A stretch of DNA of 64,000 nt from Dehalococcoidia bacterium (GTDB taxonomy: Bacteria; Chloroflexota; Dehalococcoidia; Plut-88900), in assembly GCA_965249275.1 (NCBI GenBank), contig CBDFLQ010000007.1:480001-544000 (forward strand), read 5' to 3'. Positions within the stretch are counted from its first letter, which is position 1; each line of letters begins with the position of its first letter. A program made the translations under genes and the position numbers. Positions 11,193-21,043 of the stretch are shown here, in pieces. The notes under the pieces are model-generated. The model was not told the DNA's origin, did no database searches, and saw only the letters and a list, made by a program, of their open reading frames with translations.

Positions 11193-12872
11193 TTGAAGGA
11201 ATTAGCTTTGCCTGAATCTCCTCAACAAGATACCCTCCAGGAAACCAAGACCAACTGGACCAAGAAGTACGAAGCGTCTAGAAAGCGCGACGCCCTCTTT
11301 ACCACCGTCTCCGGCGCGCCCGTCGATCCCCTCAACATCCCCTCCCCCGACCCCTACTCCGACTTCGACGAAAACATGGGGATGCCCGGCCAGTACCCGT
11401 TCCTGCGCGGCATACATCCCACCGGACACCGAGGCCGGCTCTGGACAATGCGCATGTTTTCCGGCTTCGGGACCGCCGAGGAGACCAACGCCCGATTCAA
11501 GTTCCTCCTTGGCCAGGGTGAAACAGGCCTCAGCACCGCCTTCGACATGCCCACCCTCATGGGCTACGACCACGACGACCCCATGGCCATCGGCGAGTTC
11601 GGAAAGTGTGGCGTTGCCGTTTCATCTCTAGCCGACATGGAAGTCCTCTTCGACGACATTCCCATCGAACAGGTCACCACATCCATGACCATCAACGGCC
11701 CCGCCGCCATTATCTGGGCCATGTTCATCGCCGCCGCCGAAAAACGCGGCGTGCCTAGGGCAAAACTCGGCGGCACACTCCAGAACGATATCATTAAGGA
11801 ATACACCGCCCAGAATGAATATATATTCCCCGTCGAGGCCTCAATGCGCCTCGTGACAGATACCGTTGAGCTTGCCGCCAAGGAGATGCCCCGCTGGAAC
11901 CCCATCAGCATCAGCGGATACCACATTCGGGAGGCCGGCGCCACCGCAGCCCAGGAGCTTGCCTTCACCCTCGCCGCCGGCTTCGAATACGTGGACTGGG
12001 CCCTTGAACGTGGTCTCGACATCGACGAGTTCGCCCAGCGACTCAGCTTCTTCTTCAACGTCCACGACGACTTCTTCGAAGAGATATCCAAGTTCCGCGC
12101 CGCCCGCAGAATATGGGCCCGAGAGCTCCGGTCCCGCTACGGCGCGAAAAGCGACCGCTCCCTCTGGCTTCGCACTCACGCCCAGACCGCCGGTGCCGCT
12201 CTCACTGCTCAGCAGCCGGAGATAAACGTATCCCGGGTCGCCCTCCAGGCTCTCGCCGCCGTGCTCGGGGGAGTCCAGTCCCTCCACACCAACTCCATGG
12301 ACGAGGTTCTTGCCCTTCCCTCCCAGGAGGCCGTTCTGGTCGCCCTTCGCACCCAGCAGATCATTGCCCACGAAAGCGGTGTGGCGGACCTCGCCGACCC
12401 CCTGGGCGGCAGCTACCACCTTGAAGCCATGACCGACCGCATCGAAGAGGAAGCCTACGAGTACTTCCGGCAGATCGAGGACCAGGGAGGCGTCATCACA
12501 GCCGTCAAGAACGGCTACTTCCAACGCCAGATCGCCGACTCCGCATTTAAGTACCAGCGGGAGATCGAGCAGAACCAGCGCATCAAAGTAGGCCTAAACG
12601 GCTACGCCGAGGGGAGCGACCCCCAAATTCCCATTTTAGCAATGGATCGGGAAGGCGAGCGTCGCCATCTCGAAAGGCTGCACCGCACCCGGGACACTCG
12701 AGACCAGGCCGCCGTCGACCGCGCCCTCTCCGACCTCAAGCGTGCTGCCCTCGGCTCCGAAAACCTCATGCCCTACCTGCTTACCGCGGCTCGAGCCTAT
12801 GCCACTCTCGGCGAGACTACAAACGCTCTCCGTGAGACCCTCGGCGAGTCAGAAATCTACAACGTGGCCTAA
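11193..12872 (+). CDS. B12 acyl-CoA mutase large subunit, isobutyryl-CoA-mutase-like signature
   Basis: [41 protein letters not shown]. Confidence 0.9.
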   Translation: MKELALPESPQQDTLQETKTNWTKKYEASRKRDALFTTVSGAPVDPLNIPSPDPYSDFDENMGMPGQYPFLRGIHPTGHRGRLWTMRMFSGFGTAEETNARFKFLLGQGETGLSTAFDMPTLMGYDHDDPMAIGEFGKCGVAVSSLADMEVLFDDIPIEQVTTSMTINGPAAIIWAMFIAAAEKRGVPRAKLGGTLQNDIIKEYTAQNEYIFPVEASMRLVTDTVELAAKEMPRWNPISISGYHIREAGATAAQELAFTLAAGFEYVDWALERGLDIDEFAQRLSFFFNVHDDFFEEISKFRAARRIWARELRSRYGAKSDRSLWLRTHAQTAGAALTAQQPEINVSRVALQALAAVLGGVQSLHTNSMDEVLALPSQEAVLVALRTQQIIAHESGVADLADPLGGSYHLEAMTDRIEEEAYEYFRQIEDQGGVITAVKNGYFQRQIADSAFKYQREIEQNQRIKVGLNGYAEGSDPQIPILAMDREGERRHLERLHRTRDTRDQAAVDRALSDLKRAALGSENLMPYLLTAARAYATLGETTNALRETLGESEIYNVA

Positions 12873-12938
12873 CTTAACCTCACTACTTCCTCTCCCTGAT
12901 CGGACGCCTTCGCATCTCGCATTATGGCGTTGCATCTG

Positions 12939-12967
12939 ATAGCATAAATGAGGCAACTTTATGCTAT
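12939..12967 (+). promoter_or_regulatory. hicAB-2 operator inverted repeat
   Basis: ATAGCATAAA-9 nt-TTTATGCTAT, overlapping the likely ATG at 12966. Confidence 0.6.
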
Positions 12968-13163
12968 GGACAGCAGGGAAGTATTAAGAAGATTGAAGAA
13001 GGACGGTTGGGTGCTTAAAATCACTAAGGGCAGTCACCATCAATTCACACATCACGTAAAGCTAGGGAAAGTCACCGTTAAGCATCCACAAAAGGATATA
13101 CCCATAGAGACAATGCGGAGCATCTTCCGTCAAGCATACTGGAACTGGAAGGACCGACGATGA
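12966..13163 (+). CDS. hicA: HicA-family toxin
   Basis: MDSREVLRRLKKDGW....KGSHHQFTH....GKVTVKHPQKDIP. Confidence 0.92.
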   Translation: MDSREVLRRLKKDGWVLKITKGSHHQFTHHVKLGKVTVKHPQKDIPIETMRSIFRQAYWNWKDRR

Positions 13164-13450
13164 AATACCATGTAATCATCCACAAAGACCCTGGTTCTTC
13201 CTACGGTGTCACTGTCCCTGATCTACCCGGCTGTTTCTCGGGCGGCGACACATTTGAAGAGGCGCTGTCCTCTGTTAGGGAAGCAATCGAATGTCATATC
13301 GAGGGAATACTCATGGACGGGGATGCCATCCCAGAAAAAAAGCCCTTGCAGATCCACAAGGCCAATGAGGATTTCGCAGGCGGCACTTGGGCCAGCGTCT
13401 CCGTCGATCTCTCTGCTCTATCCGCGAACCCTGCGCCATCCCGTCTCTAG
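13160..13450 (+). CDS. hicB: HicB-family antitoxin (short; no obvious DNA-binding tail)
   Basis: YGVTVPDLPGCFSGGDTFEEAL...EAI; ATGA overlap with hicA. Confidence 0.9.
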   Translation: MKYHVIIHKDPGSSYGVTVPDLPGCFSGGDTFEEALSSVREAIECHIEGILMDGDAIPEKKPLQIHKANEDFAGGTWASVSVDLSALSANPAPSRL

Positions 13451-13595
13451 AAGCCCTTTCTCCAGCTCCGCAAAACATTCTGGGCCTCCGTAGCATTTCC
13501 GAAATCATGCAGCAAATTGGCGCAACGCGCTCCACGCGTTTATGATAAACGCGGGAGGCCGACCTCAATCTTTCTTACCAACTAAGGGATTCCCT

Positions 13596-15260
13596 ATGCT
13601 CAAAGAAAAAGACTTGAATAAGATCATCCAACGCCAGCAGGAGTGGCAGGAAAAGGCCGACAAGGCCCGACAGCGGGATGGCCTCTTCTCTACCTCCTCA
13701 GGGGCCCCCATCAAAGCCGCCTACTCTCCCCTAGACATAGCCGATCAGGACTACATGACCGACGTCGGCATGCCCGGCGAGTACCCATTCACCCGCGGAA
13801 TCCACCCGACGGGCTACCGTGGCAGACTCTGGACCATGCGCCAATACGCCGGATTTGGCTCCGCCGGAGAGTCTAACCGCCGCTACCGCTACCTGCTCGA
13901 ACAGGGCCAAACGGGTCTCAGCGTCGCCTTTGACCTTCCCACTCAGATGGGTTACGACTCCGACCATCATATGTCCCGCGGCGAGGTAGGTAAGGTGGGA
14001 GTTCCCATCGACACCCTCGCCGACATGGAGGTCCTTTTCGAGGACATTCCCCTCGAAAAGGTCACCACGTCCATGACCATTAACGCCACCGCATCAATCC
14101 TTCTAGCGCTTTATGTCGCCATGGCCAAGAAGCAGGACGCCGACCTCTCCAAGCTCGGCGGAACAGTCCAGAACGATATCCTCAAGGAATACATCGCCCG
14201 GGGCACCTACATCTACCCACCCCGCCCCTCCATGCGCCTCATCACTGATCTCTTCCGTTACTGCGGAGAAAGCCTTCCTGCCTGGAACACCATAAGCATA
14301 AGCGGCTATCACATGCGGGAAGCCGGGTGTACGGCGGTCCAGGAGCTCGCCTTTACCTTTAGTGACGCCATAGCCTACGTTCAGGCCGCCGTGGATGCGG
14401 GCATGGACGTGGACAAATTCGGGGCCCGGCTCTCCTTCTTCTTTGTCAGCCAGAACAACCTCCTGGAAGAGGTGGCCAAGTTCCGTGCCGCCCGAAAGAT
14501 CTGGGCCCGAATAATGAAGGAGCGCTTCAACGCCCAGAACCCTCGCTCCTGGATGGTCAGGTTCCACACGCAGACCGCCGGCGCCGCTCTAACAGCACAG
14601 CAACCGGAGAACAACATCGTCAGGGTCACCATACAGGCCCTGGCCGCTGTCCTCGGTGGCACACAATCGCTCCACACAAACTCTATGGACGAGGCCCTCG
14701 CCCTTCCTTCCGAAAAAGCCGCTACCATCGCCCTCCGCACTCAGCAGATCGTCGCAAATGAGTCGGGCTGTGCTGACGTTATAGACCCGTTGGCAGGCTC
14801 CTTCTACGTGGAGCGCCTCACCAAGGACCTGGAAGACGAGACCTTTAAATATATCGAGCGAATAGACGACTTCGGCGGGGCCCTCGGCGCGATCGAGCGC
14901 GGATTCATTCAACAGGAGATTCAGGACAGCGCATTCCGCCATCAGCAGGAGATCGAGTCGAGCAAGCGGGTAGTGGTGGGTGTGAACGCCTACGAAAGCC
15001 CCCAGCCTCCCCTTCAGGGAACGCTCAAGATAGACCCCGAGCTGGCCCGCACCCAGGTCGAGAATCTCCAGAAGATCAAGCAGTCTCGAGATCAGGCAGC
15101 CGTGGACAGCGCCTTGAACTCTCTGAGAGAAGTGGCCGCGGGGGATGGCAACACGATGCCCGCGATCCTGGAGGCTGTCGAAGTCTATGCCACCCTCGGC
15201 GAAATTAGCGATGTCCTCCGGGACGTCTTCGGTGACTACGAACCGTCCGCTACTTTCTGA
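13596..15260 (+). CDS. methylmalonyl-CoA mutase large subunit
   Basis: [24 protein letters not shown]. Confidence 0.93.
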   Translation: MLKEKDLNKIIQRQQEWQEKADKARQRDGLFSTSSGAPIKAAYSPLDIADQDYMTDVGMPGEYPFTRGIHPTGYRGRLWTMRQYAGFGSAGESNRRYRYLLEQGQTGLSVAFDLPTQMGYDSDHHMSRGEVGKVGVPIDTLADMEVLFEDIPLEKVTTSMTINATASILLALYVAMAKKQDADLSKLGGTVQNDILKEYIARGTYIYPPRPSMRLITDLFRYCGESLPAWNTISISGYHMREAGCTAVQELAFTFSDAIAYVQAAVDAGMDVDKFGARLSFFFVSQNNLLEEVAKFRAARKIWARIMKERFNAQNPRSWMVRFHTQTAGAALTAQQPENNIVRVTIQALAAVLGGTQSLHTNSMDEALALPSEKAATIALRTQQIVANESGCADVIDPLAGSFYVERLTKDLEDETFKYIERIDDFGGALGAIERGFIQQEIQDSAFRHQQEIESSKRVVVGVNAYESPQPPLQGTLKIDPELARTQVENLQKIKQSRDQAAVDSALNSLREVAAGDGNTMPAILEAVEVYATLGEISDVLRDVFGDYEPSATF

Positions 15261-15310
15261 GCCCCGTTATAACTGGTTAGTCATGCCCCAAACCGGGAAG
15301 GATTTAGTAA

Positions 15311-16459
15311 ATGGACTTCGGATTCACTGAAGAACACAAGCTCCTGCAGAGGAACGTAAGAGACTTCGCCAAGAAGGAAATCGGGCCATCTGCCGCGAGG
15401 ATCGATCGGGACGAAGAGTTCCCTTGGGACAACTTCCGCAAGATGGGAGAGATAGGCCTGATGGGCGTCTCCGTAGACCCTCAATACGGCGGTTCCGGAG
15501 GCGGCTACATAGATCTTTCCATCGTGGTAGAGGAGTTGGCCCGGGTCTGCGCTGCCACGTCCCTCATCTACATCGCCTCCGTCTCCCTCGCCTCCAAGTG
15601 TATCGAGGCGTTCGGGTCGCACGAGCAAAAGAACGCCTATCTCAGGCCCTTAGCCCGAGGCCAGAGGCTTGGCGCCTTTGCCCTCTCCGAGCCCAACGCC
15701 GGTAGCGACGTCGCCTCATTACGCACCAACGCCACGACACACGGGGGCCAATATTTCCTCAACGGCAGCAAGACCTTCATCACCAACGGAGACCTGGCTG
15801 ACTTCCTTGTTGTGTTTGCCACCGAAAACCTAAAGCTGGGCACCAAAGGCATCTCCGCTTTCATTGTCGAGAAGCAATACGAAGGTTTCACAGGCCGCAA
15901 CGAGCCAGGCAAGATGGGGATGCGCGGCTCCAACACTGCAGAGCTTTTCTTCCAGGACTGTTGCGTTCCGCTGAAGAACCTGCTGGGCGAAGACGGCAAG
16001 GGGATGCGGATCGCGCTGGCAACCATAGAGGCGAGCCGCATTACCATTGCCGCTCAGGCCGTGGGAATTGCCCACGCGGCTCTGGATTCGGCTCTTGAGT
16101 ACTCCCGGCACCGGCAGGCATTTGGCCACCCTATTTCTGATTTCCAGGCCATTCAGTGGATGCTCGCCGACATGGCGACCCAGGTCAACGCCGCCCGACT
16201 CATCACCTACCAGGCTGCTGACAAAAAAGAGCGTGGAGAGCCCTTCGGCCGGGAATCGGCCATGGCCAAGCTCTTCGCTTCGGAGATTGCGGGTCAGGTC
16301 ACGTCCAAGGCTATCCAGATTCACGGCGGCTACGGCTATTTCAAAGAAAGCCCCGTCGAGAGGTATTTCCGGGACGCCAAGGTCACCGAGATATACGAAG
16401 GCACCTCCGAAGTGCAGCGCATGGTAATATCCCGGGACCTTTTGAAATTTGGTCTATAG
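15311..16459 (+). CDS. acyl-CoA dehydrogenase
   Basis: FALSEPNAGSD, LNGSKTFITNG, QIHGGYGY, IYEGTSEVQ. Confidence 0.95.
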   Translation: MDFGFTEEHKLLQRNVRDFAKKEIGPSAARIDRDEEFPWDNFRKMGEIGLMGVSVDPQYGGSGGGYIDLSIVVEELARVCAATSLIYIASVSLASKCIEAFGSHEQKNAYLRPLARGQRLGAFALSEPNAGSDVASLRTNATTHGGQYFLNGSKTFITNGDLADFLVVFATENLKLGTKGISAFIVEKQYEGFTGRNEPGKMGMRGSNTAELFFQDCCVPLKNLLGEDGKGMRIALATIEASRITIAAQAVGIAHAALDSALEYSRHRQAFGHPISDFQAIQWMLADMATQVNAARLITYQAADKKERGEPFGRESAMAKLFASEIAGQVTSKAIQIHGGYGYFKESPVERYFRDAKVTEIYEGTSEVQRMVISRDLLKFGL

Positions 16460-16479
16460 TCCTCTCTCAAGGATCCTCA

Positions 16480-16917
16480 ATGACACAAGATTCCACACCG
16501 GTCTGCCAGGCCAGGCACATCAACCATGTCGCCATAGTCGTCAAGGATGCCGCCGAGACCCTCCGCTTCTACCAAGAAACCTTCGGCGTCCCGGACGCCC
16601 CCATCGAGAAAATCGCCGACCAGGGCGTCCTGGCAACCCTCGTCGCCGTCGGCGGGACTAACCTGGAGCTCATCCAGCCCGTCCGCCCCGACACCGGCGT
16701 CGCCCGGTTCCTTGATGCCCGCGGAGAGGCCCTCCACCACGTCTGCCTGGAAGTCGAAGACTTGCAAGGTAAACTCGATTCTCTGAAGGCAAGCGGCACC
16801 CGCCTCATCGATGAATCACCTCGCCATGGCCTCGCCGGCATGATAGCCTTCATTCATCCCAAGTCCACCCGCGGAGTCCTTATAGAACTCGTAGACAAGG
16901 ACACCGTGCAATCGTAA
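16480..16917 (+). CDS. mce: methylmalonyl-CoA epimerase
   Basis: HVAIVV, LELIQP, LHHVCLEV, FIHPKSTRGVLIEL; operon context. Confidence 0.9.
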   Translation: MTQDSTPVCQARHINHVAIVVKDAAETLRFYQETFGVPDAPIEKIADQGVLATLVAVGGTNLELIQPVRPDTGVARFLDARGEALHHVCLEVEDLQGKLDSLKASGTRLIDESPRHGLAGMIAFIHPKSTRGVLIELVDKDTVQS

Positions 16918-16941
16918 CTCTTCCGACGGGGGTACCTCGCG

Positions 16942-17364
16942 ATGACACAACTTGGCATTAACACTATCAGGGTCCTGGTAGCCAAGCCGGGCCTCGACGG
17001 ACACGACAGGGGTGCAAAAGTGATCGCCCGGGCCCTTCGAGACGCGGGAATGGAGGTCATCTACACCGGCATCCGCCAGACCCCCGAGATGATCGCCGAG
17101 GCCTCTCTCCAGGAAGACGTGGACGTCGTCGCCATCAGTATCCTCAGTGGCGCACATATGGAACTCTTGCCCCTTATCATCAGCGAAATGAAAGACCGAG
17201 GCATTGATGATCGGCTGGTACTCGCCGGCGGCATCATCCCCGAAGACGACATCGCTCCTCTCAAGGAGTTGGGAGTTGGAGAGGTATTTGGCCCCGGCAC
17301 TTCCACCACCGACATCATCGACTACATCAAGAATCATCAAGCCGAGGCTTCAAATCAGGCCTAG
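16942..17364 (+). CDS. acyl-CoA mutase cobalamin-binding small subunit
   Basis: [32 protein letters not shown]. Confidence 0.95.
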   Translation: MTQLGINTIRVLVAKPGLDGHDRGAKVIARALRDAGMEVIYTGIRQTPEMIAEASLQEDVDVVAISILSGAHMELLPLIISEMKDRGIDDRLVLAGGIIPEDDIAPLKELGVGEVFGPGTSTTDIIDYIKNHQAEASNQA

Positions 17365-17402
17365 TTATCCCGCCCTTCACCTCTTTCCGGGGCCGGACGC
17401 CC

Positions 17403-18224
17403 ATGCCTGATGCCGCTTCCACCCGAGACCCACTCACCACCCGCATCCTGGAGGCTCTCCTAGAGTTGGGCCGACCCATTGATGAACTGACTTACCGGGA
17501 CCTTATACCCGTGAGCGAGCTCCATAACCGTGGAAAACAGGCCACCGTTGACCTTGCCCGGCTGGCCGAAATCCAGCCTGAACACCACGTCCTCGATGTA
17601 GGCTGCGGCATTGGCGGACCCGCCAGGACCCTCGCCGCCGAGTTCGGGTGCCGGGTCACGGGGATCGATATCTCAGACGAATTCTGCTCTGCCGCCCAGT
17701 CCCTCAACGAGCTGGTCGGCCTCTCCGACAAAATCTCCATCCGCACCGCCGACGCCCTCTCCCTCCCCTTTGAAGACGAGTCCTTCGATATCGTCTGGAC
17801 CCAGCATGCTTCCATGAACATAGCCGACAAGCAGGCCCTCTTCACCGAAATGCACAGGGTCCTCCGGCCCGGCGGCAAGCTCGCCCTTCACGACGTCATG
17901 GCAGGCCCCGTGCAGCCCGTTCACTTCCCCGTCCCCTGGGCCCCCGACCCTTCCGTGAGCTTTCTGGCCGACCCGGAGGACTCCCGGGCTCTTATCCTAG
18001 CCACCGGTTTTGAAGAGCTCACCTGGCAGGACCAGACCCAACTCACCGAGGACTGGTGGCAAAATGTCTGGGAACGCGCTTCCGGGAAACCGCCCTCCCC
18101 CCTGAACCCGAGCCTCGTCGTTGGGTCGCAATTTCCCAAGATGGCGCATAATATGTATCTCAGCATCCGGGAGCGGAGGATCGCCATTGTGCAGGCCGTT
18201 TACCGGAAGAACCCGCCCCAGTAG
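17403..18224 (+). CDS. class I SAM-dependent methyltransferase
   Basis: VLDVGCGIGG, LPFEDESFD, RVLRPGG. Confidence 0.9.
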   Translation: MPDAASTRDPLTTRILEALLELGRPIDELTYRDLIPVSELHNRGKQATVDLARLAEIQPEHHVLDVGCGIGGPARTLAAEFGCRVTGIDISDEFCSAAQSLNELVGLSDKISIRTADALSLPFEDESFDIVWTQHASMNIADKQALFTEMHRVLRPGGKLALHDVMAGPVQPVHFPVPWAPDPSVSFLADPEDSRALILATGFEELTWQDQTQLTEDWWQNVWERASGKPPSPLNPSLVVGSQFPKMAHNMYLSIRERRIAIVQAVYRKNPPQ

Positions 18225-18261
18225 AGTCCCTGGCCCCGAGAATCATCGGAGAGGACGACAT

Positions 18262-19116
18262 ATGCAGATTGGAGCCCACGTTTCCACGGCAGGCGGCATA
18301 GACAAGGCCATAGGCAATGCCCAGAAGATCGGCGCGGAGTGCGTCCAGATCTTCGCCTCGGCGCCCCAGAGTTGGCGATACAAACACCCGACCCCCGAGA
18401 CCATCTCATCCTTCAAGGACAAGGCCAAAGACGCCGCTATTGGCTCCATCTTTTTCCACGGCGTATACCTCATAAACCTCGGCACCGAAAAAGAAGAGAA
18501 TATGGGCAAGGCCGTCGACTCACTCGTCGGCCACATGTCCCTCGCCTCCGAAATCGATGCTGCGGGCGTAATCTTTCACCTCGGCAGCCACAAGGGCCGA
18601 GGCTTCGAAAACGTCCTTCCTCAAGTACTGTCCTCCATGTCTCGCGTCCTGGCTGACACCCCCGAAGACACCTGGCTCATCATCGAAAACGCCGCTGGCA
18701 TGGGCAACCACATAGGCGCGGGCTTCGGCGAGATCGGGCAGGTTGTAAAGGGTCTGTCCGATGACCGGGTGAAGGTCTGTCTCGACACCGCTCACACCTA
18801 CGCCGCCGGCTACAATATCGCCGACCCCGCAGGCATCGAGGAAGCGATGAACGAGTTCGACTCAGAGGTCGGTGTGGACAAGCTCGTAGCCGTTCACGCC
18901 AACGACTCGAAGATCCCCCTCGGGGGCGGCGTGGACCGCCACGAGAACATCGGCGAAGGCTACATAGGTCAGGAGGGGTTCGAAGTTATCATGGCCCACC
19001 CCGCCTTCAGGGACGTCCCATTCCTCCTGGAAGTGCCCGGCTTCGAAAAGAAGGGCCCCGACCAGCGCAACATCGAAATTCTTCAGTCTATCCGGGATTC
19101 CAACTCCAGCGCATGA
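18262..19116 (+). CDS. nfo: endonuclease IV (AP endonuclease)
   Basis: IGAHVS, YLINL, FHLGSH, IENAAG, CLDTAH, HANDSK, DRHENIG; ATG 18262 behind GAGGA. Confidence 0.93.
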   Translation: MQIGAHVSTAGGIDKAIGNAQKIGAECVQIFASAPQSWRYKHPTPETISSFKDKAKDAAIGSIFFHGVYLINLGTEKEENMGKAVDSLVGHMSLASEIDAAGVIFHLGSHKGRGFENVLPQVLSSMSRVLADTPEDTWLIIENAAGMGNHIGAGFGEIGQVVKGLSDDRVKVCLDTAHTYAAGYNIADPAGIEEAMNEFDSEVGVDKLVAVHANDSKIPLGGGVDRHENIGEGYIGQEGFEVIMAHPAFRDVPFLLEVPGFEKKGPDQRNIEILQSIRDSNSSA

Positions 19117-20111
19117 TCCAAAAGACCGCCCTGCTCTTACTTGTTCTCGTCACACTCAGCCTCTTGGCCTTGGCCTGCGGCCCGGGAAGAGACGAGATCA
19201 TGGTATTCACCTCTGAGGACGAAACGCGCCACGTTCACCTGCGCGAAGGCAACGACAACCCCGAAGCACTTACTACCGGATCCTCCCAGAACCACTCCCC
19301 GCGCCTTTCCCCCGACGGTGAACTCATTGCCTTCGTCTCCGACAGGGAAGGCAATTCCGACATATACGTCATGAACAGATCGGGAGACAATATCATCCTG
19401 ATATCGGATGGAGAAGGGACTGCCTCCCATCCCCGCTGGTCCCCCGACGGTCGGCAGATCGCTTTCCTGGTCGAATCTGACGAAGGCATATCCCAGGTCT
19501 ATCTATCCAACGTCGAAGACGCTCAGGCGCACCGGCTTACCGTTGGTGACTTAGCCGAAGGGCCTCCGGCCTGGTCTCCGGACGGCAGGTGGATCGCCTA
19601 CTCCCTCACTGATAGCGACGGACAGGGACAGGGGTTAGTCCTCCGCAATCCGGGCGGCGTCAACCAAATTACGCTCACCGAGGGCCCCGACTTCAATCCC
19701 TCGTGGTCCCCGGAATCCGAAAGCATCGTCTTCCAGTCTTCCCGGAACGGCGACCAGGACATCTATGTCATAGACGTCCTGGAGGATTTCTCAGGCCAGC
19801 CTCGAAGAATTACCACCAATCCCGCCCCCGACCACAGCCCTGTATGGTCCCCGGACGGCGATCACATCGTCTTTATCTCCGAACGTGACGGCAACCCCGA
19901 AATCTACGTGATGACCCCCGACGGCACCGCCCTGGAGCGCCTTACCAACAACCAGTCCGTCGAGTCCGACGTCATATGGTCGCCCAAGGGACAGATCGCC
20001 TTCGTATCCTACCTCCACGAAAACGCCGACATCTTCATAATGGACTCCGACGGCACAGCCCAAGCCCAGGTCACCAGCGCCTCCGGCCCCGACACCCAAC
20101 CCCACTGGTAA
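19113..20111 (+). CDS. TolB-like PD40 beta-propeller lipoprotein
   Basis: repeated P.WSPDG..IAF.S.R.GN..IY units; lipobox LALAC. Confidence 0.85.
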   Translation: MIQKTALLLLVLVTLSLLALACGPGRDEIMVFTSEDETRHVHLREGNDNPEALTTGSSQNHSPRLSPDGELIAFVSDREGNSDIYVMNRSGDNIILISDGEGTASHPRWSPDGRQIAFLVESDEGISQVYLSNVEDAQAHRLTVGDLAEGPPAWSPDGRWIAYSLTDSDGQGQGLVLRNPGGVNQITLTEGPDFNPSWSPESESIVFQSSRNGDQDIYVIDVLEDFSGQPRRITTNPAPDHSPVWSPDGDHIVFISERDGNPEIYVMTPDGTALERLTNNQSVESDVIWSPKGQIAFVSYLHENADIFIMDSDGTAQAQVTSASGPDTQPHW

Positions 20112-20165
20112 CCCATTACCCTTCGTACAACGCAATTCCCATCCCCCCAACCCACCTTCTTTTTG

Positions 20166-20360
20166 GTGTCATCCCGAGGCCCCGCGCTGAAAGTCCGCCG
20201 AGGCGGAAGGGATCCAGGACTTGCCCGCCCACATTCCTCTATTCTCAGCAATGCCCCTTCCCCCTACATCCAACTCGCTCGCCACCCCCCAACCACCCCA
20301 CCCCCAATAGCCGTGTCATCCCCTCTTCCTTGTGTCATCCCGAGGCCCCGCGAGGGATCT
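20166..20360. repeat. two REP-like palindromes (family A, GTCATCCCGAGGCCCCGCGAGGGATCT)
   Basis: copies near 20166 and 20333; relatives near 29014, 29989 (inverted), 31068, 40886, 42154 and 43092. Confidence 0.75.
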
Positions 20361-20496
20361 AAAGCCTCCCTCACCTCTACCGCATATGCCTGAGCCACCC
20401 TCCTCTCCTCCGTCAGTGTGCCCCCATCCACGCATCCCTCCACCCCCACCCATCCCCCTTCCCCCCACACCTACATTCCTTTAAAATGTCATGGCA

Positions 20497-20514
20497 ACCC
20501 CCACCCAGGGGGTA
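20497..20514 (+). promoter_or_regulatory. CsoR operator
   Basis: ACCCCC-ACCCA-GGGGGTA C/G-tract palindrome just upstream of csoR, downstream of TAAAAT. Confidence 0.7.
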
Positions 20515-20533
20515 GGGATACAAGAGGTCTCAC

Positions 20534-20800
20534 ATGAAACCCGACGCCAAAGAAGCAAGCCTCCGCCGCCTCAGCTACATCGACGGGCATCTCGACGGCA
20601 TACGCCGCATGGTGCAGGAGGACAAGTACTGCGTCGACATCCTCAAGCAGACTTACGCGGTCAGGAAGGCCATCGAAAAGCTGGAGCAACTCATGCTCGG
20701 CAGCCACATGGAGACCTGCGTAATTCCCGGCATTCAGCAGGGCCGCCAGGAGCAGATAGTCGAAGAGCTAAAGGAACTATACAAGCTGGCCGACAACTAA
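20534..20800 (+). CDS. csoR: copper-sensing repressor (CsoR/RcnR family)
   Basis: RRLSYIDGHLDGIRRMV..DKYC.DIL.Q...HMETC. Confidence 0.9.
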   Translation: MKPDAKEASLRRLSYIDGHLDGIRRMVQEDKYCVDILKQTYAVRKAIEKLEQLMLGSHMETCVIPGIQQGRQEQIVEELKELYKLADN

Positions 20801-20824
20801 CCCGGACCCAATGGAGTCACCCTA

Positions 20825-21028
20825 ATGAGCATTCTTTCCATCTTCAAGAAGAAACCCGAACTGGCCCAGGACCCGGTCTGCCACATGATGGTAGACGTGT
20901 CCAAGGCGAAGGCCACCAGCGAGTACGAAGGCACGACCTACTACTTCTGCGCTCCCGGCTGCAAACTCTTCTTCGAAGAAGACCCCGCCAAGCACATCGG
21001 CTCCGAAAAGCCCGCCATAGAGATGTAG
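20825..21028 (+). CDS. YHS-domain metal-binding protein
   Basis: DPVCHMMV...YEGTTYYFCAPGC. Confidence 0.9.
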   Translation: MSILSIFKKKPELAQDPVCHMMVDVSKAKATSEYEGTTYYFCAPGCKLFFEEDPAKHIGSEKPAIEM

Positions 21029-21043
21029 GCCTCGGGCCCCACT

